Part shown: positions 19,491 to 28,732 of the stretch, one piece after another
Layout: each line of letters opens with the position of its first letter
Numbering within the stretch: position 1 is the first letter of the stretch
Assembly (NCBI GenBank): GCA_964348895.1
Contig: CAYGEH010000001.1
Span: 610,254-674,253, forward strand
From: an uncultured Gammaproteobacteria bacterium
GTDB taxonomy: Bacteria > Patescibacteriota > Microgenomatia > 0-14-0-10-38-17
Length of the DNA: 64,000 nucleotides
Direction of reading: 5' to 3'
Made by a program: the position numbers and the translations under genes
The notes under the pieces: generated by a model
Database searches by the model: none
Seen by the model: the letters and a program-made list of their open reading frames with translations, nothing else
What the model was told of the DNA's origin: nothing

Positions 19491-19889
19491 TTATTGCTTC
19501 TCCTGGTTCCTTGTGTGTTCCCGATATAGTTTATTAATCATTTTTTGACTAAGCTTAAAGGTGCCAGTTCGATGAGGCCTTAAAGCGCCAGAAAAAGTTT
19601 TGGGGATATGAAGAAGCTCATGAATTAAGACCTTGGTCTTGTCCTCTTCTTTGAGAGTATCAAATCTTTCTGCGATAACCTCAACAATGTAATAAGAGGG
19701 AATATTTAGAGCTTTCTGCCAAATTTGAGGCAAAGACCAAATTCTAGCTGTGGCCAAAGAAGAAGACCCCAAGCCACGAAAACAAATAATTCTTTTGGGA
19801 TCAATGTGGGTTAGTTTAAGACTAGCGACCAGCTTATTAATTCTGGTTTGAATATCGTTAGCTTTTTTAAAATCCATATAAACCGCCAA
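19491..19889 (-). CDS. Small putative HExxH zinc metallopeptidase (SprT/DUF45-like).
   Basis: Single HELLH motif followed by a downstream His (LIHELLHIPKTFSGALRPH). 132 aa. Confidence 0.3.
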   Translation of the reverse strand: MAVYMDFKKANDIQTRINKLVASLKLTHIDPKRIICFRGLGSSSLATARIWSLPQIWQKALNIPSYYIVEVIAERFDTLKEEDKTKVLIHELLHIPKTFSGALRPHRTGTFKLSQKMINKLYREHTRNQEKQ

Positions 19890-19956
19890 AAACCATCTTT
19901 TTTAAAATTAAAAAAAAGAAATAAGTTTCTCCTAACGATTAGTTAAAAAAAAGAGG

Positions 19957-20217
19957 TTAACTAACCTTATAAACCAAATCTCCCTCAGTAACGGGATGGT
20001 CAACCTTGATGCCAACCTCCTCTCCCCTGCTCGCCTCTTCAACATTGCTGTGTTCTGCTTGAATTGACGTTACTGTTTGAATAAATCTTTCTTCGCCAGC
20101 TTTGCTGGCAATTTTAATTGTGTCTCCAACCGAAATGGAATCGTCGGTTGTTTCAAGAACAGCCACCCCAATCTTGTCGTAATAGTGGTCAATTCTACCA
20201 ACCTTGCTATCTGTCAT
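19957..20217 (-). CDS. Small beta-barrel protein resembling EF-Tu domain 2 / TOBE-like fold.
   Basis: 86 aa; GRIDHYYDKIGVAVLETTDDSISVGDTIKI pattern seen in standalone EF-Tu-D2-like proteins. Confidence 0.3.
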   Translation of the reverse strand: MTDSKVGRIDHYYDKIGVAVLETTDDSISVGDTIKIASKAGEERFIQTVTSIQAEHSNVEEASRGEEVGIKVDHPVTEGDLVYKVS

Positions 20218-20341
20218 TAGTATTTATCACCCCCCTTTTTTTTGGGACAATACTTTTAATAAATTATAAAGCTCCTCGAAGAAAAAATCTAGCTTATGGT
20301 TTTTTTAAAACAAGCAAAGTCTAATAATTAAAATAGGCGTT

Positions 20342-21370
20342 TTAAAATTTGAGCAGGTTTTTTAAATCTAAGAGTTCCCCTTTTTGGGGAAGATAAAAAG
20401 ACTTCTTGTTCTTTTTCATAAAGTTTACTAAGTCTGGCCCTTCGTAAAGACGAGAATAAGAAGACAAAAACATAATGGCAATGATGTTGCGGTGTTCTGC
20501 TCTTTGTGGGCTGTCTTTTTGTTTGCGAGGAATGTAGCCCAGTCGAGGACTAAAATATGAAAAAAGCTGTTCTTGTGTTTTTGTGATCACAAAACTTGGC
20601 TTTTTGGCTAATTTAAAACAAAGACCAACTTCGCCAATGATGTCAGGATTAGTTCGTTTAACAATTTCCTCATAATTAAGTTCAAAAAAATCTAAGAAGG
20701 GGCGAAAGCTTTTTGGGGAAACAAAGCGCTGATAGAAATAAGAAGCGGCAATTATAAGATGAGTAAAGGCGTAAATTTTATTAAAAAAACGCCAGTCTTC
20801 TTTAACCTTCTCTCTTTGCCAAGTTTGATAAAAAAGAGGTTTAAGTTCGTTTTCAAGATTAACTATTTTAAGAAATTGAAGATAATAGAGAGTATTTGCT
20901 ACAAATGAAGGGGCAAAAACAATTAAGTCTTTATCGGCAAGCAAGGTTTTAAAATCAACTTTTTGTAGATCAATAATTGCTTTTTGATAACTTGATTCAA
21001 GAATTTTTTCTAAGCGGTAAGATCGGAGAGAAAAAAGATATACTAGAAGTTTGTGATAAAAAACAAAATCAAGATTTTTTTCATAAATTCCTTTTCTTTT
21101 TAAAAGCCTTTGACTTTGAGGTGATCTCTCCAGTAAAATCTTTTTGGCCTCTTTTTGTCGATAATCTTGATTTTCTAAATTATCAAACCAAGGAATTATC
21201 CTTAAAGTCTTTATTTGAAAATCATAGAAAACGGGAGAAATATATTTTTCTTGACCAGTTATTCGCCATTTGCGACAAGCAAAATGAGCCTGATAGGAAA
21301 GATCAAGGGAAAACAAACCCTTTTCGTAAGTTTCACTTATCTTTTGGACAAGACTAGAGTGGGTTTCCAT
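20342..21370 (-). CDS. Hypothetical protein (342 aa), no recognisable motif.
   Basis: Long uninterrupted ORF with the same strand and codon usage as its neighbours; no transmembrane segment or signal peptide. Function unknown. Confidence 0.5.
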   Translation of the reverse strand: METHSSLVQKISETYEKGLFSLDLSYQAHFACRKWRITGQEKYISPVFYDFQIKTLRIIPWFDNLENQDYRQKEAKKILLERSPQSQRLLKRKGIYEKNLDFVFYHKLLVYLFSLRSYRLEKILESSYQKAIIDLQKVDFKTLLADKDLIVFAPSFVANTLYYLQFLKIVNLENELKPLFYQTWQREKVKEDWRFFNKIYAFTHLIIAASYFYQRFVSPKSFRPFLDFFELNYEEIVKRTNPDIIGEVGLCFKLAKKPSFVITKTQEQLFSYFSPRLGYIPRKQKDSPQRAEHRNIIAIMFLSSYSRLYEGPDLVNFMKKNKKSFYLPQKGELLDLKNLLKF

Positions 21371-21481
21371 CTTTTAATAGTGACGATATCATTTTGTTGA
21401 TTGGGGATTAAGACAAAAGATTATTTCCTGGTAGGCTTCTCTTGGGCGTAATTTTTGACGAACTTTTCTGCCTAAACTTAG

Positions 21482-21553
21482 TAGCCCCAGCGAGAATCGA
21501 ACTCGCGTTACCACCTTGAAAGGGTGGTGTCCTAACCGTTAGACGATGGGGCC
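21482..21553 (-). tRNA. tRNA-Glu (anticodon UUC).
   Basis: Reverse complement folds as a cloverleaf: GGCCCCA acceptor, anticodon loop CTTTCAA, T-arm GCGAG-TTCGATT-CTCGC; no encoded CCA. Confidence 0.8.
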
Positions 21554-21604
21554 AAATTAAAATTTAATTAAAAGAACAGCAATTTAAGAAAAACCACCAA
21601 GTTT

Positions 21605-21681
21605 TGGTGCGCCCGGGGAGACTCGAACTCCCGACCCTCTGCTTAAAAGGCAGGTGCTCTGCCTGACTGAGCTACGGGCGC
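21605..21681 (-). tRNA. tRNA-Lys (anticodon UUU), CCA encoded.
   Basis: Reverse complement GCGCCCGTAGCTCAG...CCTGCCTTTTAAGCAGA...GGGAGTTCGAGTCTCCC...GGGCGCACCA; anticodon loop CTTTTAA. Confidence 0.85.
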
Positions 21682-21846
21682 AAAGAAAATAAAATACTCT
21701 TTAACAGATTATTTTTTTGGTAAAAACAACTTGAGCGATATCAAAGAACCTAATGGGTCAAAAAAGATTAAAATTAACAAAGAACGCTTGAATTATACCC
21801 AAAAAAGTCTTCAGTCGCAACAGTTTTGATTTAATGATTTAGTTGG

Positions 21847-23052
21847 TTAAATGGTGAATTTTCCGTTCCGATAAATTATTTTTTTAAGACCACTTCTTAA
21901 TTGAGCAACAACGGTTCGGCTGGTAGTAGTAATAATGTCACTGTGAACAACAGAGTCATTAAAGCCTAGGCCCAACCAATCTTTTTTCACCAAAGTATCT
22001 TTTCTTCCCCGAAAACAATCCTTATAGGCTGACCCTAAGGCAAGATGAAAATTACCTTGTTTGCCGCCACGATTTTCATCGTAGAGGGTTTCACCCATAA
22101 AGCGAGTAATTCTCGACAATCGACTATCGGTTAAGGAAACTTCACCAAGAAAATTGGCCCCAGGAACTTTAATCATTTCGGCAAGTAGACCCTCTCCTTT
22201 TTTCGCACGAGCCTGAACCACTCTCCCCTCTTTAAATTCTAGATAAACCCCTTGAACTAAATGACCGAAAATATAAAGAGGCTGGTTAAAAATAATTTTA
22301 CCCTGAGTTTTCCTAAAATCTGGACTAGTAAAAACCTCAAAGCTGGGAATATTGTTGCCACTACCACCCAACCACTGCCTTTTTTCTCCCAAACCAACAA
22401 CTAAATCAGTTTCCTTGGCCTTGATATTTAAAGAAACAATGTCTAATTCATTTAATTGATTTTTGATTCTATTAATTTCTTGACTGATTTTTTGCCATTT
22501 TTTAATTGGTTGATCATAGTCTAAAAAGCAAGCTTGAATAATCTGTTGCCAGTATTCCTCTAGACTCAAGCCAGCTTCTTTGGCCATGGCTAAAGTACCA
22601 TAAAGACCAAGCGTCCAAGTTAATTTTTTTTTAGTTTCTTTTTCTTCTCGCCACTTTTTATAAGGAGCAAAGGCTTGAGCACGAGTCATAATTTTATTGG
22701 GATCGACCCCTTCTAGTTCGTGTTTGTCGGTATCAGCAATAAGGCTAACAAGATGGTCAGCTTGACTAACAATTCCTTTAAGGTATTTGGCAGGAAAGAA
22801 TTCTAGTTGTTTTTGATTAGCTAATTGATAAAACTCTCGACCAATATTATTAGGCAAGTATTGAATAATGGCATGAGCATCAGAATTAAGAATAGTTTTT
22901 CTTAGGGCTACCAGGGCGGGTTTGGCACATTCTGGTACTTGCAAAAAAACCACCTCATCTTTTTTAATTCCTTTTCCATGGTTAAGGGCAAAGTTAATTA
23001 AAACTTGAGCATAGCGGTCAAGAATTTCAGTTGAGGGGCGATAAAAGGACAT
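21847..23052 (-). CDS. Aminopeptidase, M29 family (AmpS/aminopeptidase T-like).
   Basis: 401 aa; the C-terminal region FLGEVSLTDSRLSRITRFMGETLYDENRGGKQGNFHLALGSAY matches the M29 thermophilic metalloprotease pattern. Confidence 0.65.
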   Translation of the reverse strand: MSFYRPSTEILDRYAQVLINFALNHGKGIKKDEVVFLQVPECAKPALVALRKTILNSDAHAIIQYLPNNIGREFYQLANQKQLEFFPAKYLKGIVSQADHLVSLIADTDKHELEGVDPNKIMTRAQAFAPYKKWREEKETKKKLTWTLGLYGTLAMAKEAGLSLEEYWQQIIQACFLDYDQPIKKWQKISQEINRIKNQLNELDIVSLNIKAKETDLVVGLGEKRQWLGGSGNNIPSFEVFTSPDFRKTQGKIIFNQPLYIFGHLVQGVYLEFKEGRVVQARAKKGEGLLAEMIKVPGANFLGEVSLTDSRLSRITRFMGETLYDENRGGKQGNFHLALGSAYKDCFRGRKDTLVKKDWLGLGFNDSVVHSDIITTTSRTVVAQLRSGLKKIIYRNGKFTI

Positions 23053-23126
23053 ATGCTGTTTTTAAATATTTTAATTAAGATTCCAGATAAATTCTAGCTT
23101 TTAATTTATAAAACAACCCTAAGGGT

Positions 23127-23486
23127 TTAGCTAAAGTCACCAATATTTTTATAATGTTTTATTTTTAGGTCAAGAATAGCGATTAAATCAATCCTTAGAG
23201 ATTGTGGGGCAGTCGGGTGTTGACTAAGCCAAATTTCTCCAGTTCGTTTAATTTTATTTAACTTTTTTTGGGTGATTGCTTCTTCAGGTAAACCGAAGCT
23301 TGGGCTGGTTCTGGTCTTTACCTCAACTAAAACAGTTTGATTATCTTTAAGAGCAATAATATCCAGCTCTCCTAATGGGGTTCTGAAATTACGAGTGACA
23401 ATTTGATAGCCGGTTTCAAGCAAAAAATTAACTGCCAAATCCTCTCCCCTTTTTCCAGTTGTTTGGGCAATATTTTTAGCGACCAA
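23127..23486 (-). CDS. yraN: YraN/UPF0102 family endonuclease. The annotated 23612 start is probably an N-terminal over-extension; a likely TTG start is at 23486.
   Basis: TGKRGEDLAVNFLLETGYQIVTRNFRTPLGELDIIALKDNQTVLVEVKTRTS is the YraN signature. Upstream ORF sequence overlaps rplS and carries no conserved residues. Confidence 0.6.
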   Translation of the reverse strand: MVAKNIAQTTGKRGEDLAVNFLLETGYQIVTRNFRTPLGELDIIALKDNQTVLVEVKTRTSPSFGLPEEAITQKKLNKIKRTGEIWLSQHPTAPQSLRIDLIAILDLKIKHYKNIGDFS

Positions 23487-23826
23487 TTCGATTACGAAGA
23501 TAATACAGCTTAGCTCGTCTAATTTTTTTGCCTTTTTCCAGCAGAACAATTTTAGTAATTTTGGGTGATTTTTTAGGAAAAATTCTTTCAACTGGAATTC
23601 TGTCAGCAGCAATTCTTCTAACAGTGAAGGTTTCGCTGTTTCCTGCTCCCTTTTGAGAAATTACCTGCCCTTCAAAAAAGGCTTCTCTGATTTGCTTTTC
23701 TTCTTTGATAGTAAAATAAACTCCGATTCGGTCACCAACTCTAAAGTCGACTATTTCAGAGGAAGGACTAGTTTTTTCTTTTTGAGCCTCTTTTTTGGGC
23801 TTGATCGGTTTTTTTTCTTCAACCAT
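23476..23826 (-). CDS. rplS: 50S ribosomal protein L19 with a Lys-rich N-terminal extension.
   Basis: VGDRIGVYFTIKEEKQIREAFFEGQVISQKGAGNSETFTVRRIAADRIPVERIFPKKSPKITKIVLLEKGKKIRRAKLYYLRNR is the L19 core. Confidence 0.85.
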   Translation of the reverse strand: MVEEKKPIKPKKEAQKEKTSPSSEIVDFRVGDRIGVYFTIKEEKQIREAFFEGQVISQKGAGNSETFTVRRIAADRIPVERIFPKKSPKITKIVLLEKGKKIRRAKLYYLRNRIGR

Positions 23827-23919
23827 AACTGGAGCTGATTATAACATGATAAACTTGACAACTCAAAGCGAAAAAAGAAGATGGAGATTGATTAGTTTTT
23901 ATCCGTTTTTTAGTTTAAT

Positions 23920-26900
23920 TTATTTAGTTAAAATCTCTTCAATTTCCTTGGCTAACATCTTAGTAAAATTAACTCCGAAAGTTAAGCGCAGGGTTTTTCC
24001 TTCTCCATTGTGCTTGAAAAACAGGGCTCCTTTTTGAGATCCGGGATGTTGATGAAGCAATTGGTTAATCGTCATTAATTTTTGTGGACTGGTGTTCTTG
24101 GGGACAACAATGATAAAGTCTGCTTTTGGTATTTGAGGTTGAAAATTTTGGTCAAAATTTTCTTCGGAGGAATAGTTATTTTGTTGAAAAATCTTTTTAG
24201 CCTCGGCGACAGTATAAATTTCATCGGCCAAAACCGACCTTTCCTCTTCTCTTTTATCAATCTTGCCAACAATTACTGCTGCACTACCGTTAATTAGTTT
24301 GTTTTTATTGCTTTGATAAACTTTAGGGAAAACAACAATATTGCTGGTTCCAGTTTCGTCCTCAAGGTTTAAAAAAGCCATTTCTTCGTTATTTCTTTTG
24401 GTGTGCACAATACGAACATTATTAATGATGCCCAAGAGTTTAATTCGGGTATTGGCAGATAAATCGCCAATGCTGTTGTTTTTGTAGTCAAAATTGCTGG
24501 CCAATTCTTGATCCCAGAGGGGCTGGCTATTTAGAGAAAAACCCAAAAGCTCAACCTCCATCTCCTGAAGCTGTTGTTTAGAAAATTCCTCCATAATTGG
24601 CAGACGGTCTTGAACAACACTCTTTTTTTCTTGTTGAAGAAATAAACTGGTTTGTCCTGAAGCCTTGCTTTTTTGATCTTTTTCAGATTGAGATCTGATG
24701 TTTTCTAGTCCCGCCAGCAGACTAGATCGCTTACCAAAAAGATCCATTGCCCCAGCCTTGATTAAGCTTTCTAGAACTTTTTTATTAACTTTTTGATTAT
24801 CAACTCTAAGACAAAAATCAGATAAAGACACAAACAAGCCATTTTTTCTTTCAGTGATAATGTTTTTGATTGCCGCTTCACCAACATTTTTAATTACCGA
24901 TAGACCTAGTCGAATGGCTTTATTTTCTAGTGAGCCAGTTTCTTTTTCGATGCTAAAGTTAGCTTGAGAAACATTAATATCGGGTGGAAGAACATCAATT
25001 CCCATTCGGCGACACTCGTCAATGGTTAAGATGAGTCGGCTTCGTTCTGATTGACCGCTTTCGGCCGATAACACTGCAGCAGTGAACTCAATTGGATAAT
25101 GGGTTTTCATCCAGGCAGTTTGATAGGCAATCATGGCATATGAGGCGGCATGAGCTTTATTGAAGCCGTAGCTGGCAAACTTTTCAATCATGGCAAAAAC
25201 AGCTTCAGCAACCTGCTTGGGGTAACTGCGATCAAGACAGCCCTTAATAAAATCTTTTTTTTCGCTTTTCATAATTGAAAGTTGTTTTTTACCAATAGCT
25301 CGTCGTAATAAATCGGCTCTTCCCAAGGAAAAGCCCGCCATAAGGTGAGCGATTTCCATAATTTGTTCCTGATAAACAATAATGCCGTAGGTTTCTTCTA
25401 AAATAGACTGAAGTTTAGGGTGAGGAAAATCAATTAAGCGAGGATTGTTTTTGCGGTTAACAAAGTCGTCAATAAACTGCATTGGTCCGGGTCGAAATAA
25501 AGAAACCATAGCTGAAAGATCAGAGAAACGAGCCGGTTGAAGCTTTTTCGCCAAGCGCCTCATGCCTTCGCTTTCCAGCTGGAAAACGCCAGTGGTTTCT
25601 CCTCGAGAAATTAATTGATAAACTTTTTCATCTTCTAGGGGTATCTCTGAAACGTCAACTTCTTTTTCTTCAATTTGTTTAACAAAATCAATGGCTCGTT
25701 CTAAAATGGTTAAGTTTCTTAGACCTAAAAAATCCATTTTTAATAGACCCACAGCATTATCATCAATATTAAGATCCAAGGAATACATATCGTATTGAGT
25801 GGTAACCCGATCACCCTTAGATTCAAGTTGAAGCGGAGCATAATTAACTAAGGGCTTATCAGCTAAAACTACGCCCGCAGCATGGGTAGAGGCGTGCCGA
25901 GAAACGCCGACAATTTTTTCAGCTAAATCTAAAATTCTTCTAGTTTCTGCTTCGGTCTCATAGGCTATTTTTAGTTCGGGATTAATTTTTAGGGATTCAC
26001 TTATGGAAATTCGCTTGCCCGGTTCAGCTGGAATCATTTTAGCAATTCGGTCACCGGCAGCATAAGGAAGATCAAGAACACGAGCAATGTCGCGAACTGC
26101 CATTCGTGATTCGATTGTGCCAAAGGTAATAATATTGGCCACATGATTTCGGCCATATTTTTTTCTAACATAATCGATTACTTCATCACGACGATTGTCG
26201 GAAAAGTCAATGTCGAAATCGGGGGTAGATTTTCTTTCTGGATTAAGAAAGCGTTCAAAAGGAAGATTATGAAATAAAGGATCGATAGAGGTTATTCTTA
26301 AAATATAAGCGACAATTGAGCCAGCCCCACTGCCCCTACCGGGACCAACTCGGATCCCCTGTTTCTTGGCCCAGTTAACATAATCTTGGACGATTAGAAA
26401 GTAGTCGGCATAACCCATATCGGTGATAATTTTTAATTCATATTCAATTCTGTTCTTAATTTCTTTGTTGATCTTGGGGTAGCGAGTTTGAGCTTGCTGA
26501 TTAGTTAACTTTTGAAAATATTTGGCTGAACTGTTTTCTCCCTTAGGAAGAGGAAAAGAAGGATAAATTGCCTTGCCCAAGGGAATTTCTAGATGACACT
26601 TTTCGGCTATTACTAGAGTGTTCTTTAGGGCATCAGGAAAATCAGCGAAATCACGCCACATTTCTTCTGCAGATTTTAAATAATAGCCAGGAGAGTCTAA
26701 CATGCTTAATCGATTGGGATCATTAATCTTTTTTTGCATGCCGATGGCCATCAGAGCGTCTTGGGCTTCAGCGTCTTCTTTGTTTAGATAATGGACATCA
26801 TTGGTGGCCACAAGAGGAATTCCTAGTTGACGAGAAAGAGCTATTATTTTTTGATTGGCTTTGTCTTGATCAGCCAGGTTGGGGTGACGCTGAATTTCTA

Positions 26901-27420
26901 AATAAAAATCTTGGTCGAAGATTTCATAAAACTCTTTGGCTTTTTTGGCAGCTTCATTATCCCTTTCTTGTAATAAAAGGGAGGGAATTAAACCATGAAG
27001 ACAAGCACTGGTAGCAACAAGGCCCTGAGAATGTTTTTTAAGAAGATCGAAATCAATTCGGGGTTTGTAATAAAATCCAGTCAAATGGGCCTCAGTTACC
27101 AGTTTCATTAGGTTTTGGTAACCGATAAAGTTTTTGGCTAATAAAATCAAATGGTGGGGCATTAAATTAATGCCACCAATTTTTTCGGTCATTGACTTGG
27201 GAGCAAGATAAACCTCACAACCGATGATTGGTTTTATCCCGACCTGTCGACAACTGTTGTAAAACTTAATGGTGCCATACATAGTGCCGTGGTCGGTTAA
27301 GGCGATTGTTTTCATACCCAACTCTTTTACTCGAGGAGCGATTGCCTTTGCCTTAGAGAGACCATCTAACAAGGAGTAGTCACTATGAACATGAAGATGA
27401 ACAAAGTCTTTACTGGTCAT
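23920..27420 (-). CDS. dnaE: DNA polymerase III alpha subunit.
   Basis: N-terminal PHP domain (FVHLHVHSDYSLLDG), polymerase core, OB fold; 1166 aa. Confidence 0.95.
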   Translation of the reverse strand: MTSKDFVHLHVHSDYSLLDGLSKAKAIAPRVKELGMKTIALTDHGTMYGTIKFYNSCRQVGIKPIIGCEVYLAPKSMTEKIGGINLMPHHLILLAKNFIGYQNLMKLVTEAHLTGFYYKPRIDFDLLKKHSQGLVATSACLHGLIPSLLLQERDNEAAKKAKEFYEIFDQDFYLEIQRHPNLADQDKANQKIIALSRQLGIPLVATNDVHYLNKEDAEAQDALMAIGMQKKINDPNRLSMLDSPGYYLKSAEEMWRDFADFPDALKNTLVIAEKCHLEIPLGKAIYPSFPLPKGENSSAKYFQKLTNQQAQTRYPKINKEIKNRIEYELKIITDMGYADYFLIVQDYVNWAKKQGIRVGPGRGSGAGSIVAYILRITSIDPLFHNLPFERFLNPERKSTPDFDIDFSDNRRDEVIDYVRKKYGRNHVANIITFGTIESRMAVRDIARVLDLPYAAGDRIAKMIPAEPGKRISISESLKINPELKIAYETEAETRRILDLAEKIVGVSRHASTHAAGVVLADKPLVNYAPLQLESKGDRVTTQYDMYSLDLNIDDNAVGLLKMDFLGLRNLTILERAIDFVKQIEEKEVDVSEIPLEDEKVYQLISRGETTGVFQLESEGMRRLAKKLQPARFSDLSAMVSLFRPGPMQFIDDFVNRKNNPRLIDFPHPKLQSILEETYGIIVYQEQIMEIAHLMAGFSLGRADLLRRAIGKKQLSIMKSEKKDFIKGCLDRSYPKQVAEAVFAMIEKFASYGFNKAHAASYAMIAYQTAWMKTHYPIEFTAAVLSAESGQSERSRLILTIDECRRMGIDVLPPDINVSQANFSIEKETGSLENKAIRLGLSVIKNVGEAAIKNIITERKNGLFVSLSDFCLRVDNQKVNKKVLESLIKAGAMDLFGKRSSLLAGLENIRSQSEKDQKSKASGQTSLFLQQEKKSVVQDRLPIMEEFSKQQLQEMEVELLGFSLNSQPLWDQELASNFDYKNNSIGDLSANTRIKLLGIINNVRIVHTKRNNEEMAFLNLEDETGTSNIVVFPKVYQSNKNKLINGSAAVIVGKIDKREEERSVLADEIYTVAEAKKIFQQNNYSSEENFDQNFQPQIPKADFIIVVPKNTSPQKLMTINQLLHQHPGSQKGALFFKHNGEGKTLRLTFGVNFTKMLAKEIEEILTK

Positions 27421-28732
27421 TTTTAATAATGCTTACTAACAACTTTCTGGCTTGAACAATATCGGCCTGTCCCTTTGATTTTTGTTGAATTTGGCCAATT
27501 AAAAAACCTAAAGCAACTTCCTTGCCAAGGCGATAATCATTAACAGCCTGAGGGTTTTCTTGAATAACTCTATCAATAAACTCTCTTAACCTTTGTCCAG
27601 TAACCAAAACTTTGGCCTTTTTGGATTTAAACTCTTCAATAAATTTTTGTGCCCCAAGCTTATCAAGAGAATAATCTTGATTAATAATAGCGTTGGCAAC
27701 GTCGCCCAAGTTAAGGTTTTCCTGTTGGGCTATTTTTAAGGCTTTTAAACCCTCTTTTAAATATTTTCTAATAATAATGTCAGCCTGATATTGAGTTAGT
27801 TGATATTTTTCGGTTAAGTCAGTAATAACCTCTTCTGGCAGTTTGGGTAAAGATTTTCTTAACTCTTCTAGTTGGAAAAGTCGATCTAGATCAAGAGGAG
27901 GAATATCTGGCTCAGGAAAATAACGATATTCATAAGCCTCTTCTTTGCTTCTTTGAGGATAAGTAGCTTTTTTGGTTGGATTATAGCCCCTAGTTTCTTG
28001 AATAACTTCTTTGTCAGCTGACAGTATTTTGGCTTGACGATTAATTTCAAAAATAATGGCGTCGTGAAGATAACGGAAAGAATTAATATTTTTTATTTCC
28101 ACCTTGTATTTTGGCAAAGGATCTTTAGTTGATTTTTTTAGAGAGATATTTGCTTCTAGTCTCATTTGCCCTTTTTCCATATCAGCCGAAGAAATCTTCA
28201 AGCTTCGAACTAAGTGATGAATTTTTTGGGCATAAACTCTAGCTTCCTCGGCAGTTTTTAGGTCAGGTTGAGAAACTATTTCAATTAAGGGAACACCCGA
28301 TTTATTAAAATCTAATAAACGCTTATCATCTCTTATTAAAGATTTAGCGGTGTCTTCTTCTAGGTGCACTTCTTTAATTCTAATTAAGGAGTTTTCATTT
28401 AATTTAATTTGTCCCCCAACACCTAACGGGCTAAAGAATTGACTAATTTGATATCCCTTGGGCAAGTCGGGATAGAAATAGTTTTTTCGATCGAACCAAG
28501 TGTTTTTATTAATATGACACTCTAGGGCTAGAGCCAAAAGAACAGTTCTTTTTATCGCCTCTTTATTGGGAACAGGGAGGGCTCCCGGGAGACCCAAACA
28601 GACGGGGCAGATCTGGCTATTGGGTTCTTTTTTAAAATGATCAGCTGGACAACCACAAAACATTTTTCTTCTGGTAGTTAGTTCAAGATGAATCTCCAGC
28701 CCGATAACAGGAATAAACTGATTTTTAATCAT
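27410..28732 (-). CDS. gatB: Asp-tRNA(Asn)/Glu-tRNA(Gln) amidotransferase subunit B.
   Basis: N-terminus IPVIGLEIHLELTTRRKMFCGCP is the GatB signature. Confidence 0.9.
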   Translation of the reverse strand: MIKNQFIPVIGLEIHLELTTRRKMFCGCPADHFKKEPNSQICPVCLGLPGALPVPNKEAIKRTVLLALALECHINKNTWFDRKNYFYPDLPKGYQISQFFSPLGVGGQIKLNENSLIRIKEVHLEEDTAKSLIRDDKRLLDFNKSGVPLIEIVSQPDLKTAEEARVYAQKIHHLVRSLKISSADMEKGQMRLEANISLKKSTKDPLPKYKVEIKNINSFRYLHDAIIFEINRQAKILSADKEVIQETRGYNPTKKATYPQRSKEEAYEYRYFPEPDIPPLDLDRLFQLEELRKSLPKLPEEVITDLTEKYQLTQYQADIIIRKYLKEGLKALKIAQQENLNLGDVANAIINQDYSLDKLGAQKFIEEFKSKKAKVLVTGQRLREFIDRVIQENPQAVNDYRLGKEVALGFLIGQIQQKSKGQADIVQARKLLVSIIKNDQ

